From contig DATJAS010000029.1 in NCBI GenBank assembly GCA_035516035.1, positions 14,434 through 78,433 of the forward strand: 64,000 bases of DNA, read 5' to 3'. Below, one piece after another: positions 47,601-58,125 of this stretch. The notes below the pieces were generated by a model, which was not told where the DNA came from, made no database searches, and was given only the letters and a program-made list of their open reading frames with translations. A program made the translations under genes and the position numbers. Origin of the DNA: Bacteroidota bacterium. GTDB taxonomy: Bacteria > Bacteroidota > Ignavibacteria > UBA10030 > UBA6906. How positions within the stretch are numbered: position 1 is the stretch's first letter; every line of letters begins with the position of its first letter.

Positions 47601-49147
47601 CCCTCCCCGATCCGATCCCCGAACTCCATGTACGCGTCCTTGGCCGAGGTGTACGCAGGCCACCGCGCTCCCCCATCAATCGCGGGATTCCCGGTTCGCG
47701 CGAACTGCAGCCAGGCGGCGTGCATGGCATCCGACACCGTCTCGTCCTGGCCGGACAACAGCGCGGCGTCGGGGTACGGCTTGAAGACGTAGAAGATCTC
47801 CGCGCCATGCGTCGCCCCGAGGCCACGTGCGCTGAGGGGAGGGGCAACGCGCGTGAAATGATACATCCAGACGTTCGGGTTGTGTGTGCTCATCGCCCGG
47901 GCAGCACGCCGGGCCGGCGCGATGAACGAGGAGATTGTGACGAGGCGGGCGATTGCCGGCCTCACCTCACTATCGGTGCGCACCGGGAACATCCTGAGCA
48001 CCTCGTCGGCGTATTCGCCGAACAGTCTCCGCGCCGCGAGCACGTAGCCCGTGGTCTTCCTGATCGGGATTTCCGGGAGGAAGAGCGTCCCTTCGTCGGC
48101 GTTTGTCCCGATCAGGACCGGGACGATGTTCCCCTCGCCGGAGGCGTAGATCTCGAGAGGCTCTCGCGGGAGCACATAGCCGTCGATCGCCGGGCCCATC
48201 TTCCGTCCCGAACCGAAGAGTCCGACCCTCGGACTGGCCGCCTGGAGGAGGGCTTCCGCGGGTATTGCCCGCAGCCGCGCGGCAACCTCTTCGGTCGCGC
48301 CTGCAGAATCGTCCAGCCCCGCCTGGCGGGCAATCGCCACACCCGTGGCCTCCGTCGCCAGTGAATCGTCCGCGCCCTGCCGGTGCAGGGGGGGGAGGCT
48401 CGCTGCAACGCCGCTTTCCATGATTGCCCGGTGGAAGAGTCCACGCGCAAGGGGGGACGCGATCAGGCACCCGACGGCAACGCTCCCCGCCGATTCGCCG
48501 AAGATCGTGACATTGGCGGGGTCGCCGCCGAACGCTGCGATATTGTCGTGCACCCAGCGGAGCGCCTGTATCATGTCGAGGAGCCCGTAGTTCCCGGACA
48601 CGTGATCGGGGGATTCCGCGCTCAGCGCGGGATGCGCCATAAAGCCGAACGGGCCGAGCCTGTAGTTGATCGTCACCTCGACGGCGCCGTCCCTTGCGAA
48701 GCTCAGCCCCCCGTACAACGCCTGGGCACCGCTGCCAATCGCAAACCCTCCGCCGTGAATCCATACTATGACCGGCCGTGCTTCTTCTTTCGGGGCGGCG
48801 GTCCAGACATTGAGATAGAGACAATCCTCGCTCTTCGGCCCCGTGATTCCCCTGATGACCTTCTGGTCCGGCTGAATGCAGCTTGGCCCGAACTGGGCGC
48901 AGTCGCGCGTGCCGCTCCATGCCTCGACCGGCTGCGGCGGCTTCCAGCGGAGAGCTCCCACCGGCGGCCTGGCGTACGGTATCCCGCGGAACACGCGCAC
49001 GCCGGAGCCGGCCTGTGCCGTCGTCCCGCGTATGGTGCCTCCCTCGACGGCGATCAGCGTGTCGGCAGTCTGCGCTGCGGCAGAAGAGACAAGCGCTCCC
49101 GCTGCAAGAACGATGATCGCCCCGATCCTTTCCGAGCCTCTCTTCAT
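47519..49147 (-). CDS. carboxylesterase type B (para-nitrobenzyl esterase-like)
   Basis: Signal peptide. FRGIPYARPPVG, HGGGF oxyanion region, nucleophile elbow GESAGS. Last ~15 codons lie within REP copy G. Confidence 0.85.
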   Translation of the reverse strand: MKRGSERIGAIIVLAAGALVSSAAAQTADTLIAVEGGTIRGTTAQAGSGVRVFRGIPYARPPVGALRWKPPQPVEAWSGTRDCAQFGPSCIQPDQKVIRGITGPKSEDCLYLNVWTAAPKEEARPVIVWIHGGGFAIGSGAQALYGGLSFARDGAVEVTINYRLGPFGFMAHPALSAESPDHVSGNYGLLDMIQALRWVHDNIAAFGGDPANVTIFGESAGSVAVGCLIASPLARGLFHRAIMESGVAASLPPLHRQGADDSLATEATGVAIARQAGLDDSAGATEEVAARLRAIPAEALLQAASPRVGLFGSGRKMGPAIDGYVLPREPLEIYASGEGNIVPVLIGTNADEGTLFLPEIPIRKTTGYVLAARRLFGEYADEVLRMFPVRTDSEVRPAIARLVTISSFIAPARRAARAMSTHNPNVWMYHFTRVAPPLSARGLGATHGAEIFYVFKPYPDAALLSGQDETVSDAMHAAWLQFARTGNPAIDGGARWPAYTSAKDAYMEFGDRIGEGSGLDSRECDLFDKIASSWRQMRHFSR

Positions 49148-49165
49148 TTCCCTCTCCCCGTTGTG

Positions 49166-50713
49166 TCAGAGTCCTGAAAGCACGCCCCACCCGGTGCACG
49201 GATCCCAGCCCGGCCCGGCGCGGTAGCCCTTATGCGTGGATGTCGTGGTGTTGTCCCCCTGCGTGATGTCGCGGCAGAGTGACGGGTCGGCATAAAGCGT
49301 CGGATTGATGAACCCCGCGGGCTTCCCTTTTGACTCGTTCACGCGGGCGATGAGCGCAGCCACGAGCGGCGCCACCGCGCTCGTCCCGCCGATCACCATC
49401 TCCTGTCCGTCAACCAGTACCTGGTAGCCGGTCTGCGGATCCGCATTTGCCGCCACGTCGGGAACCCCACGGCCGACGTTTCCGGTGCTCGCCGACGGCG
49501 GCACGCCGGCGTTCTTCTGGTAATCAGGGAGGGGGAAAACGTCGCTCACGCCCCCTCCCGTGGCGGAGGTGTCCGAGTCGTGCCAGACGACCTCGGACTG
49601 GATCGTCGTTCCTTTGACGTGCAGCGTCGTTCCGCCGCATCCCGTGACGTTGGGACTCGAAGCGGGGAAATCCGCGTGCACGTTCCCGTCCGTCTCGCTG
49701 TCGGATGACCCCTGGTCTCCCGCGGCCGCGAGAATGGTCACTCCCAGCGCGGCCGCCGCCGCAAATGCGTCGTTGAAGCTCTTGAGCGCCTGCGCGGTCC
49801 ACTTGTCCTCGGCGGAACCCCAGCTTATTGAAATGACGCTCGGTGTGTTGGTCGTGTCATGCACGGCGGTGGTGATCGCGTCGAGGAAGCCCCGGTCGGT
49901 GTTTGGCGCGAAGTACACGGCGATCGTCGCACCGGGCGCGACCGCTCCCGCGACCTCGATATCGAGCATCACTTCCCCGTCGGCGCTGTCGGGCGTGGAG
50001 GGGCTGTTGGCTCCCCCGTCGACGGAGACCGCTTTGACGGAGGGGAGGGGGATCTTGAGGGATGAGAAATACGAAGAGAGATCCTGGTTCCTGTAGCCGC
50101 CCCCCAGCTCGATCAGCGCAATGCACTCGCCTTTGCCGGTGGCGGCGCGGGGAAATCCGTAAATGCCCGCAAGGGCGTTCGGCGTGAAGCTCGCCGGTGC
50201 GTCGGCGTGCCTGAGCGGGACGCCGCCGCGCCGGGCGACCTGGAACATCGGTCGAGCGTGCGGGCGCGTGTCGAGCCCGAACACGCCTTCAATCACCCCG
50301 CCGAGGTGCCGGGGAACCGAGATGCCCCCGGAGCGGCCCCTGAACAGCTCACCACGCGCGTCGCGGTAGTGGGAGAGGCGCACGCGGAATGCATCTTCGA
50401 GGTCCTTCACGCTGCCGCGCAGGATGACCGATCGGCGCGCCGCGCTCAGTGCGACAGTCGAAAGGTGGAATCCGTGCGCGAACTCTTCGACGTCGGCCAT
50501 GTCTTCGGCCCGGGAGCCGTATGTCGACTCGAATTCTTCACGGGAGAGGATCTTCTTTCCCCGCGGGTTCGGCGCAGGCTCCTTCTTGCCCCTCACACGC
50601 ACGGTCACTTCCGCCGTCTCGGCGGGGTTGAGCGTGTCCGTCCTCGCTCCCTCCGGCGTCCCCTTTTCGCTTCCCGCCAGCCTCACATATCCCTCACTTC
50701 TACCCTTCGCCAT
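49166..50713 (-). CDS. S53-family peptidase (sedolisin/kumamolisin-like) with N-terminal activation domain
   Basis: Pro-kumamolisin-like N-terminal domain. Catalytic Ser motif GGTSAVAP. Asp/Glu motifs (DIEVAGA, AAAGDQGS). Confidence 0.8.
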   Translation of the reverse strand: MAKGRSEGYVRLAGSEKGTPEGARTDTLNPAETAEVTVRVRGKKEPAPNPRGKKILSREEFESTYGSRAEDMADVEEFAHGFHLSTVALSAARRSVILRGSVKDLEDAFRVRLSHYRDARGELFRGRSGGISVPRHLGGVIEGVFGLDTRPHARPMFQVARRGGVPLRHADAPASFTPNALAGIYGFPRAATGKGECIALIELGGGYRNQDLSSYFSSLKIPLPSVKAVSVDGGANSPSTPDSADGEVMLDIEVAGAVAPGATIAVYFAPNTDRGFLDAITTAVHDTTNTPSVISISWGSAEDKWTAQALKSFNDAFAAAAALGVTILAAAGDQGSSDSETDGNVHADFPASSPNVTGCGGTTLHVKGTTIQSEVVWHDSDTSATGGGVSDVFPLPDYQKNAGVPPSASTGNVGRGVPDVAANADPQTGYQVLVDGQEMVIGGTSAVAPLVAALIARVNESKGKPAGFINPTLYADPSLCRDITQGDNTTTSTHKGYRAGPGWDPCTGWGVLSGL

Positions 50714-50723
50714 ACTCTCCTCC

Positions 50724-50808
50724 TCTCATCTGTCCGTCATTGCGAGCGTTTTTTGCGAAGCAATCCCCCCGTCATTGCGAGGCCGCCGCAGGCGGCCGAA
50801 GCAATCTA
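50724..50808. repeat. REP/MITE-like element, two tandem copies (H)
   Basis: cgtcattgcgagcgttttttgcgaagcaatcc + ccgtcattgcgaggccgccgcaggcggccgaagcaatct. Confidence 0.7.
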
Positions 50809-52071
50809 AATCACAATCTCCCTCCCCTTCGTCTCCGGGAACATCCATATCCACATCCCCGTCAGGAGCGCGAAGAACGATGCAAGGAATATCCCCCCGG
50901 CCATCCCGTACGACTGGGCGATCCAGACGATGACGACCGGCGTGAAGAACTGGACGCCCCGGGCCAGGTTGAACGCCGACCCCATCGCCGTGTTGCGGAT
51001 ATCGGTGGGGAAGAGCTCCGCGAAGAGGGGACCGTATCCCCCGAACATCCCCGTGCCGAACCCGACGAGGAACATGAAGACGAGTATGATGGCCGGGTAG
51101 GCAGCGATCGCTCCCCAGAACAGGGTCACCATGGCCAGCCCGAGCGCCCGTATCACGGCGTAGATCGAATAGGCGGGCCGTCTCCCGAGCCCGTCCGCGG
51201 CGAACCCGAACGACGCGTAGCCGAGGAAACCGCCGGCCTGCGTCACCAGCACCCAGAGGGCCGACTTTGCCATAGAGAACTGCCGCTCCTCGTGCAGGTA
51301 CCCCGGGAGCCATGAATACGTGAACCAGTAGGCCGACATGTCGAATACCGCGAGGATAAGCGACAGGATAAACAGCCGCCTGTGGGCATCCGAGAAGAGG
51401 AGACGGATTTTCGTCGCCAGCTCGCGGAGGCCCGACTCTCCGGCGCTCCCCGCGAGACGGCGCTCCCGCCGGAGGAGCCAGACGTCCGATTCGGGGAGGC
51501 TCCTCCGGATAAAGACAACGAGCACCGCGGGGAGAAACGAAATAAAGAACGCCGCGCGCCAGCCGATCTCCGGCGCGACGATGCCGCCGATCACGGAAGC
51601 CAGCGCCACGCCTATGGGTGCGCCCGTCTGCATATAGCCGCCGTAGCGTCCCCGGACCTGAGCGGGGAACGTTTCACCCACGTATGTCTGTCCCGTCGCC
51701 CACTCCCCGCCGACACCCAGTCCCGTGACGATCCGGAAGAGGAGCAGGAGCCAGAGATTTGGCGCCAGTCCGCTCAGAAACGTCCCGCCGCTGTAGCAGA
51801 GGATCGTCCACTGGAGAACCGCCCGCCTGCCGTACCGGTCCGAGAGGAGCCCGAAGACGACACCTCCCGCCGCGGTGGCGGCAAGCGATGCTCCCAGCAC
51901 GAGCGAGAGCTGGACGTTCGAGAGCCCGAGTTCGCGCCCGATGGGGATGAGGAGGAACGTGTAGAGGATGAGGTCGTAGAAATCGAACACCCACCCCGCC
52001 CAGCTCATCAGGAGAATCTTCCGGTGCGTGCTCGTGAGCACCGTGGCTTCATTCAGGAGGGGAGCGGTCAT
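50806..52071 (-). CDS. MFS transporter (12 TM)
   Basis: MFS motif GLLSDRYGRR between TM2/3, 12 helices. ATGA overlap with upstream gene stop. Confidence 0.8.
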   Translation of the reverse strand: MTAPLLNEATVLTSTHRKILLMSWAGWVFDFYDLILYTFLLIPIGRELGLSNVQLSLVLGASLAATAAGGVVFGLLSDRYGRRAVLQWTILCYSGGTFLSGLAPNLWLLLLFRIVTGLGVGGEWATGQTYVGETFPAQVRGRYGGYMQTGAPIGVALASVIGGIVAPEIGWRAAFFISFLPAVLVVFIRRSLPESDVWLLRRERRLAGSAGESGLRELATKIRLLFSDAHRRLFILSLILAVFDMSAYWFTYSWLPGYLHEERQFSMAKSALWVLVTQAGGFLGYASFGFAADGLGRRPAYSIYAVIRALGLAMVTLFWGAIAAYPAIILVFMFLVGFGTGMFGGYGPLFAELFPTDIRNTAMGSAFNLARGVQFFTPVVIVWIAQSYGMAGGIFLASFFALLTGMWIWMFPETKGREIVI

Positions 52072-53954
52072 TTCAGCAGCCCCAGCTTCCGCAGCTCTTT
52101 CGCGAACTTCGTCTGCGCCCTCTTGGCCCGCGCCACGTCCTTCGTGAGCTGGCCGGCCGTCTTCGTGCGAAGCGTTTCCGCCCTGCTGCTGATGCGCCTC
52201 AGGGCGCCGGCGCGCGTCCGGGCCATCTCGCGGAGCGCCCCGTCGGGCCATGCCGCGAGGGATGCGAATCCCTCCGCCGACGCCGCGCGGTACTTCGCAA
52301 GATGCTCCCTGATCTCTTTCTCGTGGCCGCCGTATGCGGCGAAGAGCTCCAGCGCGATTTCCGTCCGCTCGCGTTCCCTCAGCGGGCATGCCGGGTCCAG
52401 CAGCGCCGTGCGCGCCGTGATCAGCTCGCCCAGCCGTTTGAGGACCGCTCCCCTGTGCACCATCAGGCGCACGGCATCCTCGCCGGGCCAGAACGATCGC
52501 TTCCCGAAGGGGATCGCCCGGAGGGCCGTATCGATCTCTTTGATCTCGGCCCGTATTCCCTTTTCAGTGAATGCAAAGAACTCGCGGAGAGTTCCCGCAG
52601 GAAGAATCGCCGCGCCCGTCCGTTTCGCATCGAATTTACCGGTGGCCGCCTCCAGCTCGCGCACCCTTGTCAGGGCCGACGCTTCAAGCACCGACTGTTC
52701 CCTGCTGATCGCTTCCTCGAGGACGGCCATCGCTTCCTGCGTCACCTCCTGCACGCGCTGCTGAAATGCCAGGATCTTCTCCTCGTAGTGGGCCCGGGCG
52801 GTCTCGGCCTGTGCGAACTTGATCTTGTTGCTGATCGTCCTCCCCGCGAACGCGCCGCTGATGCCGCCGATGATTGCGCCCACCACGCTCCCCATCCCCG
52901 GGGCGACCGCGGTACCGATCGTGGCCCCGGCCTTTGCCCCCGCGTAGCTGCCGATCCCCGTTCCCGCGGCATCCAGGCCGATGTTCCTGACGGATGTCAG
53001 TATGTTCGTGTGCTTCTTTTTTAAGAGGCGGATTTCCCTGAGCGTGGAGAGGCCGAGAGTGAGGAAGGGGTTCTGAAAGTCGACGTCCCCCGCCGCGGCG
53101 AGCACGGGCGCGTGCGGGATCGCGAGGGCGGCTTCGGCGTGCGAGGCCGCGATCGCGGCCCCGGCGGCATGGGCCTTGTCCGTGCCGAAGGCCGCGTCGA
53201 ACCCCGCACCCCCCAGGATGCTGAGCCTGTACGTCCCCGGCGCGTGATCGATCGTGAAGAGTCCCTCGTCCGTCCTGAAGAAGTCATCGGGCGTCAGGAC
53301 GCTTGTTCCCGGGTATTCCGCGAGGTGGTCCTGCAGGTCGAAGTGGAGCCCGGGGCCGAGGTCGTACGACCGCCCGTCCACGACGCAGCGCGAAGTCCCG
53401 CGCGAAGGATCGCCGGCAAACACCGCGCCGTGCGCCCGGGCCTTCAGGCTGTCAGTGAGAATCCGCTCGGCGTATTGCCTGTCGTAGGCAACGGAGGTCA
53501 TCTTCGTGTGCTCGGTGGTGGTCCTCCAGTGCGGCGGCCTGCGGAGGTCCCCGAACGCTTCAAGCCGTTTGCGGGCGAGGTGTGCGAGCGCCTCGGCGAA
53601 ATGATCGTCGGTTTCGTGGATCCTGTGGAGGAGGAGCGCGCCTGACCACCCCGCTTCGCCCGATGTGCTCAGCACGGCGAGCCTGCCGAGATTCTGCCGG
53701 TGGATCCATTCCGTCCAGGGGGGGCCGCCGCCGTCGATCCCGAACCTGCGGAGGCGGTCCAGCTCTCCGCCCGGGAGTCGCGCTCCGGGGTAGACTTCCG
53801 CGACAAGGGAGGAAAGGGAAACGGGCTCCTGGCGGGGCAGATAATAGACGTGGGCGGAGAGTGTGCGGATCCTGAGCCAGCGTGCGCCGGCATATGCGAG
53901 CGCGGCGGCCGCAACGATGGCGGCCGCAGCCCCTATGAGAATCTCGGATTCCAT
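52068..53954 (-). CDS. membrane-anchored hypothetical protein with internal glycine-zipper segment and C-terminal coiled-coil
   Basis: N-terminal TM (ILIGAAAAIVAAAALAYAGA). Gly-zipper stretch AGAKAGATIGTAVAPGMGSVVGAIIGGISGAFAG. No recognisable catalytic motifs. Confidence 0.45.
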   Translation of the reverse strand: MESEILIGAAAAIVAAAALAYAGARWLRIRTLSAHVYYLPRQEPVSLSSLVAEVYPGARLPGGELDRLRRFGIDGGGPPWTEWIHRQNLGRLAVLSTSGEAGWSGALLLHRIHETDDHFAEALAHLARKRLEAFGDLRRPPHWRTTTEHTKMTSVAYDRQYAERILTDSLKARAHGAVFAGDPSRGTSRCVVDGRSYDLGPGLHFDLQDHLAEYPGTSVLTPDDFFRTDEGLFTIDHAPGTYRLSILGGAGFDAAFGTDKAHAAGAAIAASHAEAALAIPHAPVLAAAGDVDFQNPFLTLGLSTLREIRLLKKKHTNILTSVRNIGLDAAGTGIGSYAGAKAGATIGTAVAPGMGSVVGAIIGGISGAFAGRTISNKIKFAQAETARAHYEEKILAFQQRVQEVTQEAMAVLEEAISREQSVLEASALTRVRELEAATGKFDAKRTGAAILPAGTLREFFAFTEKGIRAEIKEIDTALRAIPFGKRSFWPGEDAVRLMVHRGAVLKRLGELITARTALLDPACPLRERERTEIALELFAAYGGHEKEIREHLAKYRAASAEGFASLAAWPDGALREMARTRAGALRRISSRAETLRTKTAGQLTKDVARAKRAQTKFAKELRKLGLLK

Positions 53955-54087
53955 CGCACCCGGTTGAGGAGGATCGTGATTGCTCAGCCTATGGTGACGA
54001 AAAGGAATCGAAAAGTCAAAGGAAAGACAGTGGCCGGCGGGACGGGCCGGAAGCGGCCGGCGCCGGGTGGGATGCGTCGCGGAGCTG

Positions 54088-56328
54088 TCAGGCCCTGATC
54101 CAGTACTGCAGCTTCACAAAATACTGCCTCGCTGTCTGCCGCGTGCCGAACTGGGGGCCGTAGTCCAGGAGGCTGTACGTCGACCCGGCGTAGAATATCG
54201 TGTACGGATTGAGTTTGTAGCTCAGCAGGGGATACATGTCGATGGCCTGGTTGAATTGATCGTACTGTCCGATCACGCGCAGCATCAGCTCCGGCGTGAA
54301 CTGGTAAACGCACACCGTGCGCGCGATGTACCCGTCGAAAAACAGCTCTCCCGTGGACACGCTGGAGAGGCGGGCGCGAGTGAAGTCAAGCTCAACCTGG
54401 AACTGCGCAGACGGCTTGACGAGCGCCGTCAGGCTCAGCGTATGCCCGGTACCGACTGAGGGCGAGTCCACCCTGTTGATGAACCGTCCGACGGCGAGAT
54501 TGAGGTTGAGGTTAAGCATGCTGGAGGGACGGGAGTAGAGGTTGAACGCAGTGCGGCGGACGTTCCGGAACTGCACATCGTGGAACAGCTCATCGTTGAC
54601 CAGGAAGTACTGGATATTGGCCTGGACCTGTCCCTTGAACTGGGCGTTCAGGTTCGGGATCGCCCACTGTTCCTTCTTCACGCCGTCGTAGTTGTAGTGA
54701 ATGCCGGCGTCGAGTTCCGGACCGTATGTGTCGAGCAGCGCGTTGTTCGGGTAGAACTGGTACCACTGGTTGAACATGAGGATACGGGTATCGTTGTTCG
54801 GGACAAAGCCGTCCTGCGCCTGGAACGTCGGGCTCCTGTCGGTATACTGGATGTTGGCGCTGTAATCCCTCCCGTCGTGCCGGAGCGCCACGTAGCTTCC
54901 GAACCCCCCGTAGCTCTCGCCGTTAAACGTGGCGTCGTGCCCCGTGGACCCGAATTGCCGCGCATCGGTGAACAGGAGCGTGTCGTTCAGCTCCTTCGTG
55001 TGGGAAAGGAACAGCTCCCCCCTGAACGCATTGTTCCCGAGGAACTTGTAGTTCCAATCGATCCCCCCCGTGTAGTTGTGCGCGCCCGTGGAATTCCGTG
55101 CGGTCAACATTCCGCCGACATACGTCTCGTTCCCGAAGTCGTACCGGGCGCGGGCGATGTTCGAGAAAGACCGTACATCGGACGACACCACGTCGCTCTG
55201 TTCCTCGCCGGGTATGATGTAGGGGGTATTCCTGTCCAGTGCTGCCAGGTAGGAGTAGGAGAACGCCCCGGACTTGCCCACGATACGCGCCCCGCCGAGG
55301 GGATTGTTGATAGTGCGCGAGTAGAATGTCTGCGTCTGGTTGGAAAACATGTCCGCGCCGAGAAGGAAGAAGGGGCGTTTCTCGGAGTAGAAGAGAGCGA
55401 ACGTGGAGTTGACGCTGATCTGCGTCGCGTCCGATTCCACCTGGCTGAAATCGGGATTGACGACGGCTTCCATCGCGAGGTCGGGACTCGGTGAATACCG
55501 CACTCCTCCCCCGACCCTGCCCCCCGGCTTTCCGTTGTTGAACATGGAGGTCGGATCGGTGTCGTCGCCGACTTCTCCCCGCTCCTGGCCGACGACGTAG
55601 GGAAGCATCTCCACAGAAGACGTGGAGCGCACGCCCGTGATGCCCACGATATAGCCCCCCTGGCAGGTGAGGCACGGGTTGTTCCTGTCATTCGGCGTCC
55701 AGGAAAGAAGCGCGCGGCTCGCTCGTGGGAGTATCCGGGCAAGCAACACTGTCCAGACCTGGTCGTTTGTCGCGGGGAAGCGGATGCTCTTGAAGGGAAT
55801 GGCCATGACCGCGGTCCAGCCGTGCCCGTTCATCGCGGCCGCCGACTTCCAGACCGTGTCGAAGCTGTCGTCCTCGTTCGTCCCCGTGCGCATGAGGTCG
55901 GCCTGGATTCCGTACGGGTTCACGCAGAATTCGTACGTGTGCTGGTAGTCGCCGTATGTGTCGAGGAGGATGATAACGAAGTCGTCATCGTAGAGTTTGT
56001 CCCTGTCCATGATGTGGGCCCGCATGGCACCGGGGTCGGTGTCCCCGCAGTCAAATCCGTAATAGACGCATTCAGAGTTGTAAAGGATCCTGACCGTGGT
56101 CGTCTGCGGCGCCGGCGTATTCTCTCCCGGCTGTATCTCATACCTGATCGAAACGGGTTGGGCCTGGTTCCATCGCGGGTCATCCAGTGTCCCGGTGAGC
56201 GGGATATCCCCTTCTATCCTGACGGCGCGAATGACAGGTTTCGAAGTGTCGGGAACCACGAGCGCGTCTGATTCCGCGCGTGCGGAGACATTGATAGCGA
56301 AGAGGCCAAAAATGCAGACTTTAAGCAC
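54088..56328 (-). CDS. outer-membrane-associated DUF5916 / CBM9-like carbohydrate-binding domain protein
   Basis: Signal peptide. N-terminal CBM9-like region, long beta-rich C-terminal region with aromatic terminal residues (YWIRA). Typical of Bacteroidetes DUF5916 proteins. Confidence 0.5.
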   Translation of the reverse strand: MLKVCIFGLFAINVSARAESDALVVPDTSKPVIRAVRIEGDIPLTGTLDDPRWNQAQPVSIRYEIQPGENTPAPQTTTVRILYNSECVYYGFDCGDTDPGAMRAHIMDRDKLYDDDFVIILLDTYGDYQHTYEFCVNPYGIQADLMRTGTNEDDSFDTVWKSAAAMNGHGWTAVMAIPFKSIRFPATNDQVWTVLLARILPRASRALLSWTPNDRNNPCLTCQGGYIVGITGVRSTSSVEMLPYVVGQERGEVGDDTDPTSMFNNGKPGGRVGGGVRYSPSPDLAMEAVVNPDFSQVESDATQISVNSTFALFYSEKRPFFLLGADMFSNQTQTFYSRTINNPLGGARIVGKSGAFSYSYLAALDRNTPYIIPGEEQSDVVSSDVRSFSNIARARYDFGNETYVGGMLTARNSTGAHNYTGGIDWNYKFLGNNAFRGELFLSHTKELNDTLLFTDARQFGSTGHDATFNGESYGGFGSYVALRHDGRDYSANIQYTDRSPTFQAQDGFVPNNDTRILMFNQWYQFYPNNALLDTYGPELDAGIHYNYDGVKKEQWAIPNLNAQFKGQVQANIQYFLVNDELFHDVQFRNVRRTAFNLYSRPSSMLNLNLNLAVGRFINRVDSPSVGTGHTLSLTALVKPSAQFQVELDFTRARLSSVSTGELFFDGYIARTVCVYQFTPELMLRVIGQYDQFNQAIDMYPLLSYKLNPYTIFYAGSTYSLLDYGPQFGTRQTARQYFVKLQYWIRA

Positions 56329-56595
56329 TGTTGATTTCCTGACCAGAAAGAGCTTGAACGGGAAGGATGACTCAATTTCTTATACTTGTTGTGCTTGAAT
56401 AAGTTGCGGGCTTTCATGTTCAGCGAACGTAATATCGACATGCAGCCGTTGGTCAGATGGAGTGCGGACATTTTACGAAGAACCTTTGAATTGACAGGTC
56501 GGCCGAAACGACGGGGAGACGCGCGGCATACTGAAGGACGACATGACGCTCGTGATCATCGACGTCCCGGGGAACGGGAATGCCTGAGCGGCGGC

Positions 56596-57042
56596 CTACG
56601 CCGGGGTCACCAGCTCCGCGGAAGGCCTGATCAGGTGTGAATGTGTGATGTTCACGACCGGCTTGAGCATCGCGGAGACGGAGCAGTATTTCGTCGTCGA
56701 CAGTTCGATCGCCTGCTCGACATCTGCGGCTTCTATGCCGTCTCCGTAGAAGACGTACTCCACGTGTATATCGGTGAACACCTGCGGGGGCTCCTCCCGC
56801 GCCGTTCCCGTCAGGTGGACTTCATAGCCGTCCAGCCTGATCCGTTTCTTCCTCAGTACCGATATCACGTCCATTGACGTGCATCCCCCCAGCGCAATCA
56901 GGAGCAGCTCCTTCGGGCTCGATGCGGCCGCTTCCGCTCCTGACGGATCCCGCCCGTCCATCATGACCCAGTGATTGGAGTCCGATTTCCCGGCAAGTGT
57001 GTTCCCCCGTACCTGCTTAATGACGGCTTTTTTGACGGCCAT
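56596..57042 (-). CDS. OsmC-family peroxiredoxin-like protein
   Basis: LLIALGGCTSMDV and KYCSVSAML motifs with the two conserved Cys of OsmC/Ohr. Confidence 0.8.
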   Translation of the reverse strand: MAVKKAVIKQVRGNTLAGKSDSNHWVMMDGRDPSGAEAAASSPKELLLIALGGCTSMDVISVLRKKRIRLDGYEVHLTGTAREEPPQVFTDIHVEYVFYGDGIEAADVEQAIELSTTKYCSVSAMLKPVVNITHSHLIRPSAELVTPA

Positions 57043-57167
57043 GGACTGCCTCCGGAGAGCTGTGTGGGTGGTACGTTCATTAGATGCACGGGATTGGGAA
57101 AAGGGTTATGACCCCGGAGAGATTCTTGTGCATCTCACGGGACACACAAACCCACAAACACCAGGAG

Positions 57168-57386
57168 ATGCAAGTGAGAAAGAACATCGGTAATGCCGAC
57201 CGGGTGATCCGCATTCTCGCCGCCGTGGTGGTTGCAGTCCTCCTGCTGACTGGCACGCTCTCGGGCGCTCTCGGACTCGTCCTGGGCATCGCGGGCGCGG
57301 TACTCCTTTTCACCGCTTTCGTCAGCATCTGCCCCCTGTACATGCTCCTTGGGATTTCCACGAAGAAAGCCCCCGGGGCGAAGTAG
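57168..57386 (+). CDS. DUF2892 (YgaP-like) small membrane protein
   Basis: RBS AGGAG. GNADRVIRILAAVV...CPLYMLLGIST pattern typical of DUF2892, which often accompanies rhodanese. Confidence 0.6.
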   Translation: MQVRKNIGNADRVIRILAAVVVAVLLLTGTLSGALGLVLGIAGAVLLFTAFVSICPLYMLLGISTKKAPGAK

Positions 57387-57394
57387 CCTCTCGC

Positions 57395-57652
57395 GTGCAG
57401 GCAGGCCCGGTAATGAGCGATATCAGGGCACCCAGGAATCCCGCGCATTTGAGCGCGCTGATCACGAAGTACTGCGCGGAGGCGGAGGAGAAGCTGAATG
57501 CGGCCCCCGACTACGGAACTGCGCTCCGGCTCAAGGAGACGCTCTGCTCCCGGTTCCAGGAGGAATGCGAGAGCAGCCTCGTGGTGAACGCCACGCGGCA
57601 ATACATCGACGCTGTGCTCAGGAGTCGCTGGGGAGGCGACCACAGAGGATGA
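57395..57652 (+). CDS. hypothetical small protein
   Basis: 85 aa ORF between DUF2892 and thioredoxin-like genes. No motifs. Confidence 0.3.
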   Translation: MQAGPVMSDIRAPRNPAHLSALITKYCAEAEEKLNAAPDYGTALRLKETLCSRFQEECESSLVVNATRQYIDAVLRSRWGGDHRG

Positions 57653-57685
57653 GACAGAAGTGACAAACAACCGTGAGAGGGCGCA

Positions 57686-58045
57686 ATGCTTCAGACGAAC
57701 CTGAAACACATCCTGACGGCGAAAGACCACGCGGAGACGCTGAAGGAGAATGACAATGTGATGGTATGCTGCGGCCGTATGGGGCCCATGTGCATCCCCG
57801 TTTATGCGGTCATGCAGGAGCTTCAATCGGGGTACCCGCACGTCGCATTCAGGGACATGGAATTCGATTCGCCTGACGCGGCAGTCATCAGGAACCTCCC
57901 CCAGTGCAGTGAGTTCCGCGGCCTGCCGTTTACAGTGTACTACCGGAACGGGAACGTCGTCCGCGCCACGAGCAGCATCCAGAACAGGGATGAGGTGAGC
58001 GCGATACTTGATCAGGAATTTGCCGCAAAGAGCGCGGCTGTGTAG
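57686..58045 (+). CDS. thioredoxin-fold protein with atypical CxxxxC-type active-site region
   Basis: VMVCCGRMGPMCIPVYAVMQEL and cis-Pro region GLPFTVYYRNGNVV consistent with a thioredoxin fold. Confidence 0.5.
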   Translation: MLQTNLKHILTAKDHAETLKENDNVMVCCGRMGPMCIPVYAVMQELQSGYPHVAFRDMEFDSPDAAVIRNLPQCSEFRGLPFTVYYRNGNVVRATSSIQNRDEVSAILDQEFAAKSAAV

Positions 58046-58125
58046 CGCTGCCGACGATCCCCACCGGGCCGCCGCGCTGGCCGGGGCGCCGTGACGCACG
58101 CTCCGGCAGCGGTAGCGCTCCTCTC

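Noticed and set aside
54580-55494. 304-aa plus-strand ORF antisense to DUF5916 gene
   Set aside because: Antisense to a long gene with a signal peptide and consistent beta-rich composition.
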